Below, one piece after another: positions 17,364-27,765 of a DNA stretch of 64,000 bases. This DNA is from Myxococcota bacterium. Lineage in GTDB: Bacteria; Myxococcota; B64-G9. The translations under genes were made by a program, and so were the position numbers. The stretch is taken from positions 150,452 through 214,451 of the forward strand of contig DAOTDZ010000014.1 of the NCBI GenBank assembly GCA_035453905.1, written 5' to 3'. Every line of letters begins with the position of its first letter. Position 1 is the first letter of the stretch. A model generated the notes under the pieces. That model ran no database searches, had not been told where the DNA came from, and was given only the letters and a program-made list of their open reading frames with translations.

Positions 17364-20300
17364 ATGCACACGGGTTCCCAGGGCAAGGGCTTCTTCCGGG
17401 GTTCCAGGGGCGCGCTCCGCGGCGCCCTCCTGCTCGCGCTGGCGGGCACGCTGGCGCTGCCGCTGCTGGCCGCGAACTGCGGAGAGCCGGTGCGCTCGCA
17501 ACCGCTCCAGGCCCGCCTCGAGCTGGCCGCGGGCGAGGTGAGCGTGGAGCAGGGCGGGCAGACCGCGCTGGCCCAGTCCGGGCACGCGCTGCTGGCCGAC
17601 GCGGGGGTGCGCACCGGCCAGGGGGCGCGCGCGCTGGTGCGGCTCTCCAACGGCGCGGCCATCTTCCTGCGGGGCGACACCCGGCTGCGGCTGGCCGCCG
17701 GCGCGGTCAGCCTGGAGGCGGGCGAGGTGTGGGTGGACGCCCCGGAGTCGGAGCGCGACGCCCCGGTGCAGAAGGTCGGCGAGGTGACCGTGTACGGCGT
17801 GGACGCCGGGCTCGACATCCGGCGCACCGACGCGGGCGGCGCGGTGGTGTACGTGGCCCGCGGGGTGGCCACCATCAGCGCCCCGGGCGGCCGGGTGGAG
17901 CTCAGGGCCGGCGAGCAGGCCGTGGTCGAGGGCGCGGCCGCGCCGGCGGTCACCCCGGTGGCCTTCTGGGACGACTGGACCGGCGGCATGGCCGACAACC
18001 GCGTGGCGGGCGGGCTCAGCGGGGCCGGGGCCGGGCGCGTCTACGGCGTGGATCTGTCCGACCGCAGCGGCGCCCCGGCCAGGCCCCTGGAGATCAGCCG
18101 GCAGGCCATCCGGGCGGTGATCCGCGACGGGCTGGCCGAGACCGAGGTGGACCAGACCTTCTTCAACCCCGGCGAGCGGGCGGTCGAGGGCTGGTACTGG
18201 TTCGCCGTGCCCGAGGACGCGGTGGTGACCGGCTTCGCGGTCGAGACCGACGGCGTGCTGGTGGACGGCGAGTTCATCGAGCGCCGGGCGGCCTCGGCCG
18301 GCTACGACCGGGCCGTGGCCACCGGCCACGAGCCGGCCATCCTGGAGTGGGTGGACAGCCGCACCTTCCGCGCGCGCATCTTCCCCGTGCCCGCGGTCGG
18401 CACGCGCCGGGTGGTGCTGCGTTACTTGCAGATGCTGCCGGTGGTGGCCGGGACCTTCCGCTACCTCTACCCGCTGCAGAGCCCGGAGCCGGTGCGCATC
18501 GGCGAGTTCAGCCTGGGCGTGGACCTCGGCCCGGCCGGCAAGGACATGAGCCTGACCACGCTGGCCGACGCACTGGTCGAGGACGGCGGCAGCCGGGTGG
18601 TCATGCGCCGCTCGGGCTACGTGCCGCGGGCCGACTTCCTGCTCGAGGCGACCCTCGACCAGAGCCCCGAGGCGGCCCGCGCCTGGCGCTTCAGCCCCGG
18701 GGGCGAGGCGGCCGACTACGTGATGGTGCGCTACACGCCGGACTTCGAGTGGAAGCCGGGCGCCGCGGGCAAGGCCGCGGTGGTGGTGGTGGTGGACACC
18801 TCGGCCGGGGCCGACGAGGCCAGCCGCAGCCTGAAGGTCACGGCCGCGGAGTCGATCCTGCGGGCGCTGGCGGTGGACGATCGCTTCGCGCTGGTCGCCC
18901 TCGACGTGAGCCCGGTGGTGCTGCACCCCGCAGAGGGCCTGGCGGCCGCGACCGATCAGGAGATCGCCACGGCGCTGGAGCGGCTGTCCGAGCACGCGGC
19001 CGGCGGCGCGACCGATCTGGGCGCCATGTTCGACGTGACGCTGCCGCTCCTGCACGGGGCGGAGCAGCCCGCGGTGATCTACGTGGGCGACGGCCAGGCC
19101 ACCTCGGGCGAGACGGGCGGCGAGGCCCTGGTCGCGCGGCTGCGCCGGGCGCTGGCCACCTCGCGGGCGCGCCTGTTCACCGTCGGTGTGGGCCCGCAGG
19201 CCAGCCAGGCGCTGCTCGGCTCGCTGGCGGACCACGGCGGCGGCCAGGTGTTCCAGATCGACGAGCCCGAGGCGGCCAGCGAGCGCGCGCTGTCGCTGGT
19301 GGCGGCGCTGAAGACGCCCACGCTGACCGACTTCGAGATCGACCTCGGCGCGGCGCTGGACGAGGTGTTCGTCAGCGCCCAGGGCAAGGTGCGCCAGGGC
19401 GAGGAGGTGCGGGTGCTGGCCCGCACCCACCACCGGCTGCCCGGGAGCCTGAAGGTCAAGGGGCGGGTGAACGGCGAGGCGTTCAGCCGCGAGTACGGCA
19501 TCCAGGAGGAGAGCGGCCCGCTCTCGAGCTTCGTGCCCAAGCTGTGGGCGGCCGACTACCTGCGCCGGGTGCTCGGCTCGGTGGCCGACCCCGACGAGCA
19601 GCGCGGCCGGGTGCTGCAGCTCGGGGTGGAGTACGGGCTGCTGACTCCCTTCACCAGCATCCTGGCGCTGGAGAGCGAGGCCGCCTACCAGCAGCAGGGC
19701 ATCCCGCGCCTGCGCTCGCCGCTGCGGGGGGTAAGGCTGTCCGCGCTCCTGGAGCGCGAGGACGGCCGCCTGGCCGCGCTCCAGCGCCTGTCGAACTCGG
19801 TGGGCTTCGGCTGCGCCCTGGAGAGCCCCCAGGAGTCGATGCCGGCCGCGCAGCTCGCGCCGGCGCCCGTGGAGCAGCAGAAGATGGCCGGCCACCGCGC
19901 GATGCGGGACTTCGCCGAGAGCGAGGCCCGCGCCCCGGCCCCCGCGCCGGCCGCGCCCTCGCTGGCGGCGGAGGGCTACGGCGGCGCGCCCGGCGGCGCG
20001 CTGGGCGGCCTGTCCGGCGGGGACGTGGCTCTGGCCAAGCCGGGGCCGGCCCCGGTCGCCAAGGCCGAGCCGGCCCGGGAGGAGGCCCGGGGCGGGGAGC
20101 TGGACGACGGCCGGGGGGGCATCGGCTCGCTCGGCCGGCCCCCGCGCGGGCGGCCGGCGCCCGAGCTGCTGACCTGCTCGGACGCGGCCGCGCGGCCGCT
20201 GCGCGAGCGGGTGATCCTGTGGAGGAAGCGGCTGCGGAGCGCGGCGGACGGCTACGGGCTGGTCGCCCAGTACCAGGCCGTGCGGGCCGCTTGCGAGATC

Positions 20301-21458
20301 CCGGACTGGCGCGCCGAGGCCACCTTCCTGCGGGTGCTGGAGCGGGGCGTGCGCACCGAGGGTGACGTGGCCGTGGTGCTGCACGCCTTCGACGGGCAGC
20401 CCGAGGTGCAGCAGTACCTGGCCCGGCTCATCCTGCGCCGGGCGGCCGAGCCGCGCCTGGTGGCGGCCGTCGAGCGGGTGCTGTTCAAGGACCGCATCCA
20501 GTGGACCAGCGTGGATCTGGAGCTGGCCGGCCTGAAGGACGCCGGGGCCCGCATCGAGCGGCTGCGCCAGGTGCTGGCGCGCTCGCCCGACGATCCGGAC
20601 GGCGTCCTGCGGCTGGTGCACCTGCTGGTGGAGGCGAACCAGGTCCAGGAGGCGCTCATCCTGGGCCGGCGGCTGCGCGACACGGGTCTCGCCACCCCGT
20701 TCCTGTCCCGGGAGCTGGGCGACGTGCTGGCCCGCAACCAGATGTCGGATGAGGCCGTGCGCACCTACTCGGAGATCGTGGAGTTCGCGCCCGACAGCCA
20801 GCCCTCGCGGAAGCTCCTGGGCGACATCTACCTGGCGCACGGCTGGTTCGATCCGGCCTACCGGCAGTTCCGCGCGCTGACCGAGCTGGCGCCCGAGGAG
20901 CCCCAGTTCCAGCTCCGGCTGGCCGGCGCGGCGGCCGGGGCGGGCCGGGTGGACGAGGCGCTGCGCATCGAGCGCCAGGTGGCCCGGGCCACCGGCCGGC
21001 CGGGGCCCGCGGACCCGCGCCTGTGGGCCCGGCTGTGGTCGGCCGCCCGCCTCGCGCGCATGCTGCACGAGCCGCCGGCGGTGCCCGGCCTGGATCCGGC
21101 CCGCGTGCGCGAGGGGCTCAAGTCGAAGCTCAAGGAGCTGCAGCTCTTCCGCGGGGCGGGCACCCTGGTGGTGCTTTCCTGGGAGGACCTGACCGCGGAT
21201 CTGGCGTTGCTGACCTTGCGCGGGGACACGGCCGCCGCGTTCGGCGAGGCCACCGACGCGGCCCCGGTGGGGCTGTCCGCGGTGCTGCTGTCGCCGGCCG
21301 ACCTCGAGCAGGCCTCCCTGCGGGCGCAGCTCAGGAGCACCGTCTCCCGCAACCCCATCGCGCTCCGGCGCCAGGACATCACTTGGGACGGCAAGGAGTT
21401 CCAAGTGAAGGTGACCTCGCTGACCCTGCCCCCGGGCGGCTCCCGGCTCGACCTGTGA
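17364..21458 (+). CDS. Large secreted multidomain protein: FecR-like N-terminus, VIT domain, von Willebrand A domain, C-terminal TPR repeats
   Basis: GAGGGAGGG 6 nt upstream of the ATG. Signal peptide. VIT-like block (FFNPGERAVEGWYWFAVPEDAVVTGFAVETDG...YDRAVATGHEPAILEW...IFPVPAVGTRRVVLRYLQ). vWA MIDAS-like (VVVDTSAG). TPR-like C-terminus. Confidence 0.8.
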   Translation: MHTGSQGKGFFRGSRGALRGALLLALAGTLALPLLAANCGEPVRSQPLQARLELAAGEVSVEQGGQTALAQSGHALLADAGVRTGQGARALVRLSNGAAIFLRGDTRLRLAAGAVSLEAGEVWVDAPESERDAPVQKVGEVTVYGVDAGLDIRRTDAGGAVVYVARGVATISAPGGRVELRAGEQAVVEGAAAPAVTPVAFWDDWTGGMADNRVAGGLSGAGAGRVYGVDLSDRSGAPARPLEISRQAIRAVIRDGLAETEVDQTFFNPGERAVEGWYWFAVPEDAVVTGFAVETDGVLVDGEFIERRAASAGYDRAVATGHEPAILEWVDSRTFRARIFPVPAVGTRRVVLRYLQMLPVVAGTFRYLYPLQSPEPVRIGEFSLGVDLGPAGKDMSLTTLADALVEDGGSRVVMRRSGYVPRADFLLEATLDQSPEAARAWRFSPGGEAADYVMVRYTPDFEWKPGAAGKAAVVVVVDTSAGADEASRSLKVTAAESILRALAVDDRFALVALDVSPVVLHPAEGLAAATDQEIATALERLSEHAAGGATDLGAMFDVTLPLLHGAEQPAVIYVGDGQATSGETGGEALVARLRRALATSRARLFTVGVGPQASQALLGSLADHGGGQVFQIDEPEAASERALSLVAALKTPTLTDFEIDLGAALDEVFVSAQGKVRQGEEVRVLARTHHRLPGSLKVKGRVNGEAFSREYGIQEESGPLSSFVPKLWAADYLRRVLGSVADPDEQRGRVLQLGVEYGLLTPFTSILALESEAAYQQQGIPRLRSPLRGVRLSALLEREDGRLAALQRLSNSVGFGCALESPQESMPAAQLAPAPVEQQKMAGHRAMRDFAESEARAPAPAPAAPSLAAEGYGGAPGGALGGLSGGDVALAKPGPAPVAKAEPAREEARGGELDDGRGGIGSLGRPPRGRPAPELLTCSDAAARPLRERVILWRKRLRSAADGYGLVAQYQAVRAACEIPDWRAEATFLRVLERGVRTEGDVAVVLHAFDGQPEVQQYLARLILRRAAEPRLVAAVERVLFKDRIQWTSVDLELAGLKDAGARIERLRQVLARSPDDPDGVLRLVHLLVEANQVQEALILGRRLRDTGLATPFLSRELGDVLARNQMSDEAVRTYSEIVEFAPDSQPSRKLLGDIYLAHGWFDPAYRQFRALTELAPEEPQFQLRLAGAAAGAGRVDEALRIERQVARATGRPGPADPRLWARLWSAARLARMLHEPPAVPGLDPARVREGLKSKLKELQLFRGAGTLVVLSWEDLTADLALLTLRGDTAAAFGEATDAAPVGLSAVLLSPADLEQASLRAQLRSTVSRNPIALRRQDITWDGKEFQVKVTSLTLPPGGSRLDL

Positions 21459-21567
21459 GCCCGGCCCACCCCCCTGGCCGCCCTCCCCGGGGGAGGGTGG
21501 GCGCTCCGCCCCGTTTCTGCTAGAATCCTCTCGACTCTCCGGTGGACCCGGACCCTTGGAGGTGACC

Positions 21568-24500
21568 ATGTCCCTGCGCAGGAACGCAGACCGGTCGGCG
21601 CGCTTCCGTCCCCTGGCCCTGGCGCTGCTGTGCGCGGCGTTCGCCCTGGGCAGCCTCGGCTGCAGCGACTCGGGCGGGCTGCCCGAGTGCATGAACGGGC
21701 TGGACTGCGACGACGGCGATCCATGCAACCTCGATCGCTGCGATCCCGTCGAGGGTTGCGTGCACCGCCCCGGTTCGCCGGAGGAGGTCTGCGACGACCA
21801 GGACGCCTGCACCACGGACACCTGCGACCCGGTCACGGGCTGCGCCCACGCGGACACCTCGGCCGCCTGCGACGACGGCAACCCGTGCACGGCCGACTCC
21901 TGCGACCCGGCCGCGGGCTGCCTGAGCGACGGCACGGATCTGGCCGGGCCGTGCGACGACGGCAACCCCTGCACCGCCGGGGACGCCTGCCAGGGCGACC
22001 GGGCCGGCACCTGCCGGGGGCACGAGTTCGTGGACGCGGACTGCGACGACGGCAACCCGTGCACCCGGGACCTGTGCGACCTCGAGCTCGGCTGCCGGCA
22101 CGACGGCACGGGCGAGCGCGGGCCGTGCGACGACCTCAGCGTGTGCACCACCGACGACGTGTGCCAGGGCGACGCGGCCGGCACCTGCCGGGGCACGGAC
22201 CTCGGCCTGGAGCGCTGCGACGACGGCGACCCCTGCACCGCGGACACCTGCGACCCGCTGCTGGACTGCCAGCACGCGAGCGAGGGGGTGACCGCGGCCT
22301 GCGACGACGGCGATCCCTGCACCAGCATGGACGCCTGCCAGGGCGATGCGGACGGCACCTGCCTGGGGACCGTGCCCACGAGCTGCGACGACGCCAACAC
22401 CTGCACCCTGGACAGCTGCGACCCGGTCGCGGGCTGCGTGCACGACGGCACCGGCGTGGTGGACGGCTGCGACGACAAGAACGTGTGCACCAGCGGCGAC
22501 GTGTGCCACGGCGACGCGGCCGGCACCTGCGCCGGCGTGTTCCAGCCGAGCTCGGCCTGCGACGACTCCAACGTGTGCACGGTCGACACCTGCGATCCGG
22601 TCCAGGGCTGCGTGCACGACGGCACGGACATCTCGCGCGCCTGCAGCGACGGGGACCCCTGCACGACCGGCGAGCTGTGCCAGGGCGACGCCGCGGGCAC
22701 CTGCGGCGGCGGCGGCCCCACCGACTGCGCCGATCTCAACCCGTGCACCGCGGACGCCTGCGACCCGGCCGTGGGCTGCGTGCACGACGGCGCCGGCATC
22801 CTGACGGCCTGCGACGACCTGAGCCTTTGCACCCAGGACGACGCCTGCCAGGGCGACGCGGCCGGCACCTGCAGCGGCGCGCCGGTCTCCTGCGACGACG
22901 GGAACGCCTGCACCGAGGACATCTGCGAGCCGCTGGAGGGCTGCCGCAGCGATCTGATGGCCAACAAGGACTGCGTGCCCAACATCGAGGTGGACTACCC
23001 GCCGCGCGGCGCGACCCTCCAGGGCGCGCTCGGCGACCCGGTGGTGACCACCACCGGCCACGTGTGGAGCGGGGCGGGGCCGATCACCTCCTTCCGCATC
23101 AACGGCGCGGACGTGGCGGTGGCGGCGGACGGCAGCTTCAGCCAGCCGGTGCAGGCCATGACCGGCGGCAACACCCTGGTGTACGAGGCCGAGGACGCCC
23201 TCGGCACCTACCGCAAGCGCGTGCAGGCCTTCCTGTGGTCCGACCGCTACCTGAAGCCCGACATCCTGATCCTCAAGAGCGGCATGGTGGACCCGGGCAT
23301 GGGCATCTGGCTCAGCCAGGAGATCCTGGACGACGGCGACCACAGCCTGCCCCCGGACGATCTGGCCACCATCTTCGAGCTGGTGCTGGCGGACCTGGAC
23401 ATCGGCTCGTTCATCGATCCGTCCACCCCCATCGCCAGCGAGGCCGGCTTCGACATCTACGTCACCGGGCTGACCTACGCCTCCGCCACCGCCAACCTGA
23501 CGGCCATCAACGGAGGCATGCGCATCGACGCCGCGCTCAACACCATCCACGGCGATCTCTACTTCGACTGCACCGAGTGGTACTGCGAGCTGGCCGGCGG
23601 CGACGGCGGCGGCGACATCGCCATCGACTCGATCACCATCAGCGCCGACGTGCTGCTGTCCGTGGCCGCGGACCACACCCTGGTGGTGACCGTGGCGAAC
23701 CCGGTCACCTCCATCAACAACCTGGACGTGAGCGCGGACGACGGCTGGACGAACTTCCTGCTCAGCATCGTGGAGACCTTCATCCGCGACTCCCTGGTGG
23801 CCGATCTCGAGGCCGAGCTGAACAGCCAGCTCACCGGGCAGCTCGCGCCCATGCTGCAGGACGCGCTCTCGGCGCTGGCCTTCAACGAGTCGTTCGACCT
23901 GCCCCGGCTGGACGGCTCGGGCGAGGTGATCTCGGTGAACCTGGTGACCGACTTCTCCTACACCAGCTTCCACCCGGGCGGCGGGGCCATCGGGTTGCGG
24001 GCCGTGGGCTACACGGTCGACGCGGTGCCCTACGACAACCTGGGCGTGCCGGGCCGGGCCGGCTGCGGCTCGGGCGTCCAGACCCTGGTGGTCCCGGGCG
24101 CCTTCCCCTTCGAGTTGTCGCTCGCGGACGACACGCTCAACTCCCTGTTCTTCGCCGCCTGGAACGGCGGGCTGATGGAGTTCCCGGTGCCGCCCGAGCT
24201 GCTGGGCGACATCGACTTCGCCCAGTACGGCATCACCAACATGAGCATGTCGCTCTCGGCCATGCTGGCGCCGACCGCCACCGACTGCTGGCCGGACGGG
24301 CAGCTGCGCATCTTCATCGGCGACCTCAGCCTGCGGGCCTCGTTCCAGTTCGCCGGCCTGCCGGTCGACCTGGTGCTGTGGGCCACGGCCACCATGGGCC
24401 TGCAGGTGACCGCCGAGAACGGCGAGATCGCCATCGCCATCACCCAGATCGACGCAATCGAGACCCAGCTCGAGGTGCAGCAGGACAGCCTGATCGGGCT

Positions 24501-24711
24501 CATCGACCTCATCGGCGACGGGCTCGAGGTGCTGCTGACCGACACGCTCATGGAGATGCTGGGGGGCGGCGCGCTGGCCACCATCCCGCTGCCGGAGATC
24601 GATCTCAGCGCGGCGCTGCCCACGCTGCCGCCGGGCACGGTCATCGCGCTCGATCCGCAGCAGGTCACCCGGCAGGGTGGCAACACCATCATCAGCGGCG
24701 ATCTGCGCTAG
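21568..24711 (+). CDS. Cys-rich repeat secreted/lipoprotein. About 13 tandem repeats of about 40 aa (CDDGNPCTxDxCDPxxGCxH...), then a roughly 570-aa non-Cys domain.
   Basis: ATG with GGAGG and a 5-nt spacer; the track M at 21556 is TTG. Signal peptide ALALLCAAFALGSLGC. Repeats are evident. Confidence 0.8.
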   Translation: MSLRRNADRSARFRPLALALLCAAFALGSLGCSDSGGLPECMNGLDCDDGDPCNLDRCDPVEGCVHRPGSPEEVCDDQDACTTDTCDPVTGCAHADTSAACDDGNPCTADSCDPAAGCLSDGTDLAGPCDDGNPCTAGDACQGDRAGTCRGHEFVDADCDDGNPCTRDLCDLELGCRHDGTGERGPCDDLSVCTTDDVCQGDAAGTCRGTDLGLERCDDGDPCTADTCDPLLDCQHASEGVTAACDDGDPCTSMDACQGDADGTCLGTVPTSCDDANTCTLDSCDPVAGCVHDGTGVVDGCDDKNVCTSGDVCHGDAAGTCAGVFQPSSACDDSNVCTVDTCDPVQGCVHDGTDISRACSDGDPCTTGELCQGDAAGTCGGGGPTDCADLNPCTADACDPAVGCVHDGAGILTACDDLSLCTQDDACQGDAAGTCSGAPVSCDDGNACTEDICEPLEGCRSDLMANKDCVPNIEVDYPPRGATLQGALGDPVVTTTGHVWSGAGPITSFRINGADVAVAADGSFSQPVQAMTGGNTLVYEAEDALGTYRKRVQAFLWSDRYLKPDILILKSGMVDPGMGIWLSQEILDDGDHSLPPDDLATIFELVLADLDIGSFIDPSTPIASEAGFDIYVTGLTYASATANLTAINGGMRIDAALNTIHGDLYFDCTEWYCELAGGDGGGDIAIDSITISADVLLSVAADHTLVVTVANPVTSINNLDVSADDGWTNFLLSIVETFIRDSLVADLEAELNSQLTGQLAPMLQDALSALAFNESFDLPRLDGSGEVISVNLVTDFSYTSFHPGGGAIGLRAVGYTVDAVPYDNLGVPGRAGCGSGVQTLVVPGAFPFELSLADDTLNSLFFAAWNGGLMEFPVPPELLGDIDFAQYGITNMSMSLSAMLAPTATDCWPDGQLRIFIGDLSLRASFQFAGLPVDLVLWATATMGLQVTAENGEIAIAITQIDAIETQLEVQQDSLIGLIDLIGDGLEVLLTDTLMEMLGGGALATIPLPEIDLSAALPTLPPGTVIALDPQQVTRQGGNTIISGDLR

Positions 24712-24739
24712 TCCGCGGCGCCTGGAGCGGGAGGAGAAC

Positions 24740-27022
24740 ATGCACACGGCTCACATTCGTCCCTGGCGCCCGATCGCGGCGGCCGCGCTGCTGCTCGGCT
24801 CGCTGGCCTGCGGCGGCACCCAGTGCGACTGCGTCCAGCCGCTCGGCGGGCCCGTCCCGGCCGAGGAGCAGGTCCTCGACGCGGTCCAGCTCCGCCTGAC
24901 CCCGCAGGCCTTCGACTTCCTCGAACAGAACCTGCCCGGCCTGCTGGCGAGCATGCTGCCCGGCGGGCTCGCCTTCCCGGTGCCGCCCATGCACCAGGAG
25001 TTCGACGCCTGGATCTTCTCCCTGTCGCTCGACATCTGCGAGGCCGGCTGCGAGCTGCAGGCGGACATCGCCGGCGCCACGCTCGCGCGGGTGGAGCCCG
25101 ATCGGCTGCACCTGACCGCGCTCGCCAACCTGACGGGCCTGCTCACCCTGGGCGGCGACGTGGAGTGCAAGGTGCCCATCGCCATCCAGCAGAAGCCCGT
25201 GGAGGCGGACGTCATCCTGCGCGTCGATCCGCGCGACGGCCTGCTGTCCTTCGGGGTGCAGGGCCTGACCGTCGCCATCACCGACGAGGACTACGAGCTC
25301 GAGTGCTACGGGATGCTGGGGGCGCTGGTCGAGTCCCTCAAGGGCTTCCTCACCCAGATGATGAACGAGCAGATCAGCGGCCAGCTCGACAGCGCCCTCG
25401 GCGGCATGCTGGACCAGGCCACCTGCCTGGCCTGCGGCTTCTACACCGGCGGCTGCCCGGGCGGCTCGGCCTGCGACGGGGAGTACTGCCTGGACGGCGC
25501 GGACGTGTGCCTGACCAACCCGCTGGGGCTGGCGGGCAGCCTGGACGTCGGCGCGCTGCTGGCCTCGGTGGTGCCCGGGCTGTCGGCCGAGCTCGAGGTG
25601 TTCCTGGCCGCCGGCCAGCAGGCGGAGCCGGCCGTGGACCCGCTGGTGGTGGCCGACGGCCTGGAGCTGCGCATGATCGGCGCGTTCGACGCCGAGCGGA
25701 ACCGCTGCGTGCCCGAGCCCGACCCGGCCGAGCTGCCGCCGGTCGCGCCGGCGCCGCGGCTGCCCTTCGCCGCGGACAACCTGGTGCCGGGCAGCGCCGT
25801 GCCGTTCATGCTGGGTGTGGGGGTGTCGGACGCGTTCCTCGACCGGGCGCTCCTCAAGGCCTACCTGGGCGGGGCGCTGTGCCTGTCGCTCGACTCGGGC
25901 CTGTCCGACATGCTCTCCTCGGGCACGCTGGCGATGCTCATGGGCTCGCTGGACACCCTCACCCGCGGCCAGAACGCCCCGGTGCGCATCGCGCTCCGGC
26001 CCCAGGGCGTGCCCGGCCTGATCGTGGGCCTGGGCACCTTCACCGTGGACAACCTCGGAAACAAGATCATCGACGATCCGCTGCTGACCATCGAGCTGCC
26101 GGACGTGGCGCTCGACTTCTACGTGCGGGTGGACGAGCGCTGGGCGCGGGTGGTGACTCTCACCCAGGATCTCCGCCTGCTCCTGGGCATGGACTTCCTG
26201 CCGGACAACCGGGTGCTGCCGGTGTTCGACGCGAACTCCATCGAGATCGGCGAGGTGGTGGCGTCGAACTACGAGCTCCTGGCCGAGGACCCAGCCGCGC
26301 TCGAGCAGCTCCTGCCCACCCTGCTGGGGCTCGCGCTGCCCATGCTGACGGAGTCCCTGGGGGTGATCGACATCCCCGAGATCCAGGGCTTCCTGCTCGA
26401 GATCCTGGCGGTGCGAGGGGAGCTGGCGAAGCTCGACGGCTCGGCCGGCTTCGAGCACCTGGCGCTGTACGCCAACCTGGGCCTGGTCTCCGCACCCCCG
26501 CCCGCCCCGCGCGAGACCCGCGCCTGGGTGCGCGAGGTGCGCACCCCGGCCTGGAGCGCCATGTCCATCCACGCCCCGGGCGGGCCGGCCTACCCCGAGG
26601 TGGCGCTGGACGTCGGCGCGGACCGGGCCGGCCCGGCCGAGTACTCCTGGCGCCTGGACGGCGGGGGCTGGAGCGTGTTCCAGCCCGGGCCGCGCCTGGT
26701 GGTGAGGAGCCCGGTGCTGGCGCTGCGGGGCGAGCACCGCATCGAGGTGCGCGCGCGCACCGCGGGCGCCTACCGCTCGCTCGATCCCAGCCCCGCGCTC
26801 GTGCGGGTGGACATCGCGCCCCCGCGCGACCTGCCCGTGGCCGCGGACCGGCCAGCCGGGCCGTCGCTGGACCGGCTGGGCCAGCCCGGGGGCGAGCTGC
26901 GGGTGGGCGAGGACGCCGCCGCGCCCGGGGAGCCCCAGGCCGGCTGCGCGACCGGCCCGGGCTCTGGCCTGGCGCTCGGCCTGCTCGCCCTCGCGCTCCT
27001 CGGGCTGCGGCGCAGGGCCTGA
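24740..27022 (+). CDS. Large secreted protein with MYXO-CTERM sorting tail (…GCATGPGSGLALGLLALALLGLRRRA); probably co-transcribed with 21568..24711
   Basis: Start MHTAHIRPW has GGAGG with a 5-nt spacer. Signal peptide LLLGSLAC. C-terminal Cys, GxG, TM helix, RRR. Confidence 0.75.
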   Translation: MHTAHIRPWRPIAAAALLLGSLACGGTQCDCVQPLGGPVPAEEQVLDAVQLRLTPQAFDFLEQNLPGLLASMLPGGLAFPVPPMHQEFDAWIFSLSLDICEAGCELQADIAGATLARVEPDRLHLTALANLTGLLTLGGDVECKVPIAIQQKPVEADVILRVDPRDGLLSFGVQGLTVAITDEDYELECYGMLGALVESLKGFLTQMMNEQISGQLDSALGGMLDQATCLACGFYTGGCPGGSACDGEYCLDGADVCLTNPLGLAGSLDVGALLASVVPGLSAELEVFLAAGQQAEPAVDPLVVADGLELRMIGAFDAERNRCVPEPDPAELPPVAPAPRLPFAADNLVPGSAVPFMLGVGVSDAFLDRALLKAYLGGALCLSLDSGLSDMLSSGTLAMLMGSLDTLTRGQNAPVRIALRPQGVPGLIVGLGTFTVDNLGNKIIDDPLLTIELPDVALDFYVRVDERWARVVTLTQDLRLLLGMDFLPDNRVLPVFDANSIEIGEVVASNYELLAEDPAALEQLLPTLLGLALPMLTESLGVIDIPEIQGFLLEILAVRGELAKLDGSAGFEHLALYANLGLVSAPPPAPRETRAWVREVRTPAWSAMSIHAPGGPAYPEVALDVGADRAGPAEYSWRLDGGGWSVFQPGPRLVVRSPVLALRGEHRIEVRARTAGAYRSLDPSPALVRVDIAPPRDLPVAADRPAGPSLDRLGQPGGELRVGEDAAAPGEPQAGCATGPGSGLALGLLALALLGLRRRA

Positions 27023-27072
27023 CCTCCCTGCGAGGCACCATCCAACTACCATCCAGGCGTTGGCTGACCTTC

Positions 27073-27130
27073 CCCTGAGAGAATGCCCTGAGCGAATCAC
27101 ACACGCAGGGTCTGCCAACGTCAGGACGAG
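27073..27130 (-). repeat. REP-like intergenic element, family 1 copy (inverted orientation); second partial copy at 27281..27335
   Basis: Reverse complement matches CGTCCTGACGTTGGCAGACCCTGCGTGTGTGATTCGCTCAGGGCATTCTCTCAG. Confidence 0.6.
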
Positions 27131-27354
27131 GACCCCATCTCGGAAGAGCCCTTCGCGGGAGTCTCCCTTCCGGTCCTCGAAACTCGCGGATCGGTCCCGC
27201 GCAGGCTTCGGCGTCCAGTGCTCAGGCTGCTCACTCCCTCACCTGCGCGGTCGGCTGTGGAGGCTCAGACATCTCGGACCGTCAGGGAGACCCCCGCTCG
27301 GGCACACCCGGAGGGTCTGCCAACGTCAGGACGTGGTCGGGCTTCGGGGGGCGG

Positions 27355-27765
27355 TCAGGATTTCGCGGTCGAGGCGCCGGCGGACCCGCCAGGGTTCAGC
27401 TCCTGGGCCAGCCACTTCCCCAGGATCTTGCTCTTCAGCACGTAGCCGTCCGCGCCGCAGGTCCTGGCCAGCTCCTTGAGCTCGGTCTCGTCCATGCCGG
27501 AGCAGAGCACCACCTTGATGCCCTTGAAGATGTCGTTGCCCTTGAGGAAACGGCAGTAGCTCTGGCCGTCCACGTCGGGCATCATCACGTCCAGCAGGAC
27601 GAGATCCGGCCGGGTGGCCTTGTTCAGGATGGTCCGGGTGGCCTCGTCCACGGCCGCGGCCGTGTGGACCTCGAAGTTCTGCTCGCTGAGCTCGCCCCGG
27701 ATCAGCATGGCGGTGGTCAGGCTGTCGTCCACCACCAGCACCCGCCACTTCTTCTCTTCCACCAC
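27355..27765 (-). CDS. Single-domain CheY-like response regulator
   Basis: GTG start after GGGAGGGAGG. VLVVDD...LVLLDVMMPDVDG...VVLCSGM has the Asp pocket and the conserved K region. Confidence 0.75.
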   Translation of the reverse strand: MVEEKKWRVLVVDDSLTTAMLIRGELSEQNFEVHTAAAVDEATRTILNKATRPDLVLLDVMMPDVDGQSYCRFLKGNDIFKGIKVVLCSGMDETELKELARTCGADGYVLKSKILGKWLAQELNPGGSAGASTAKS

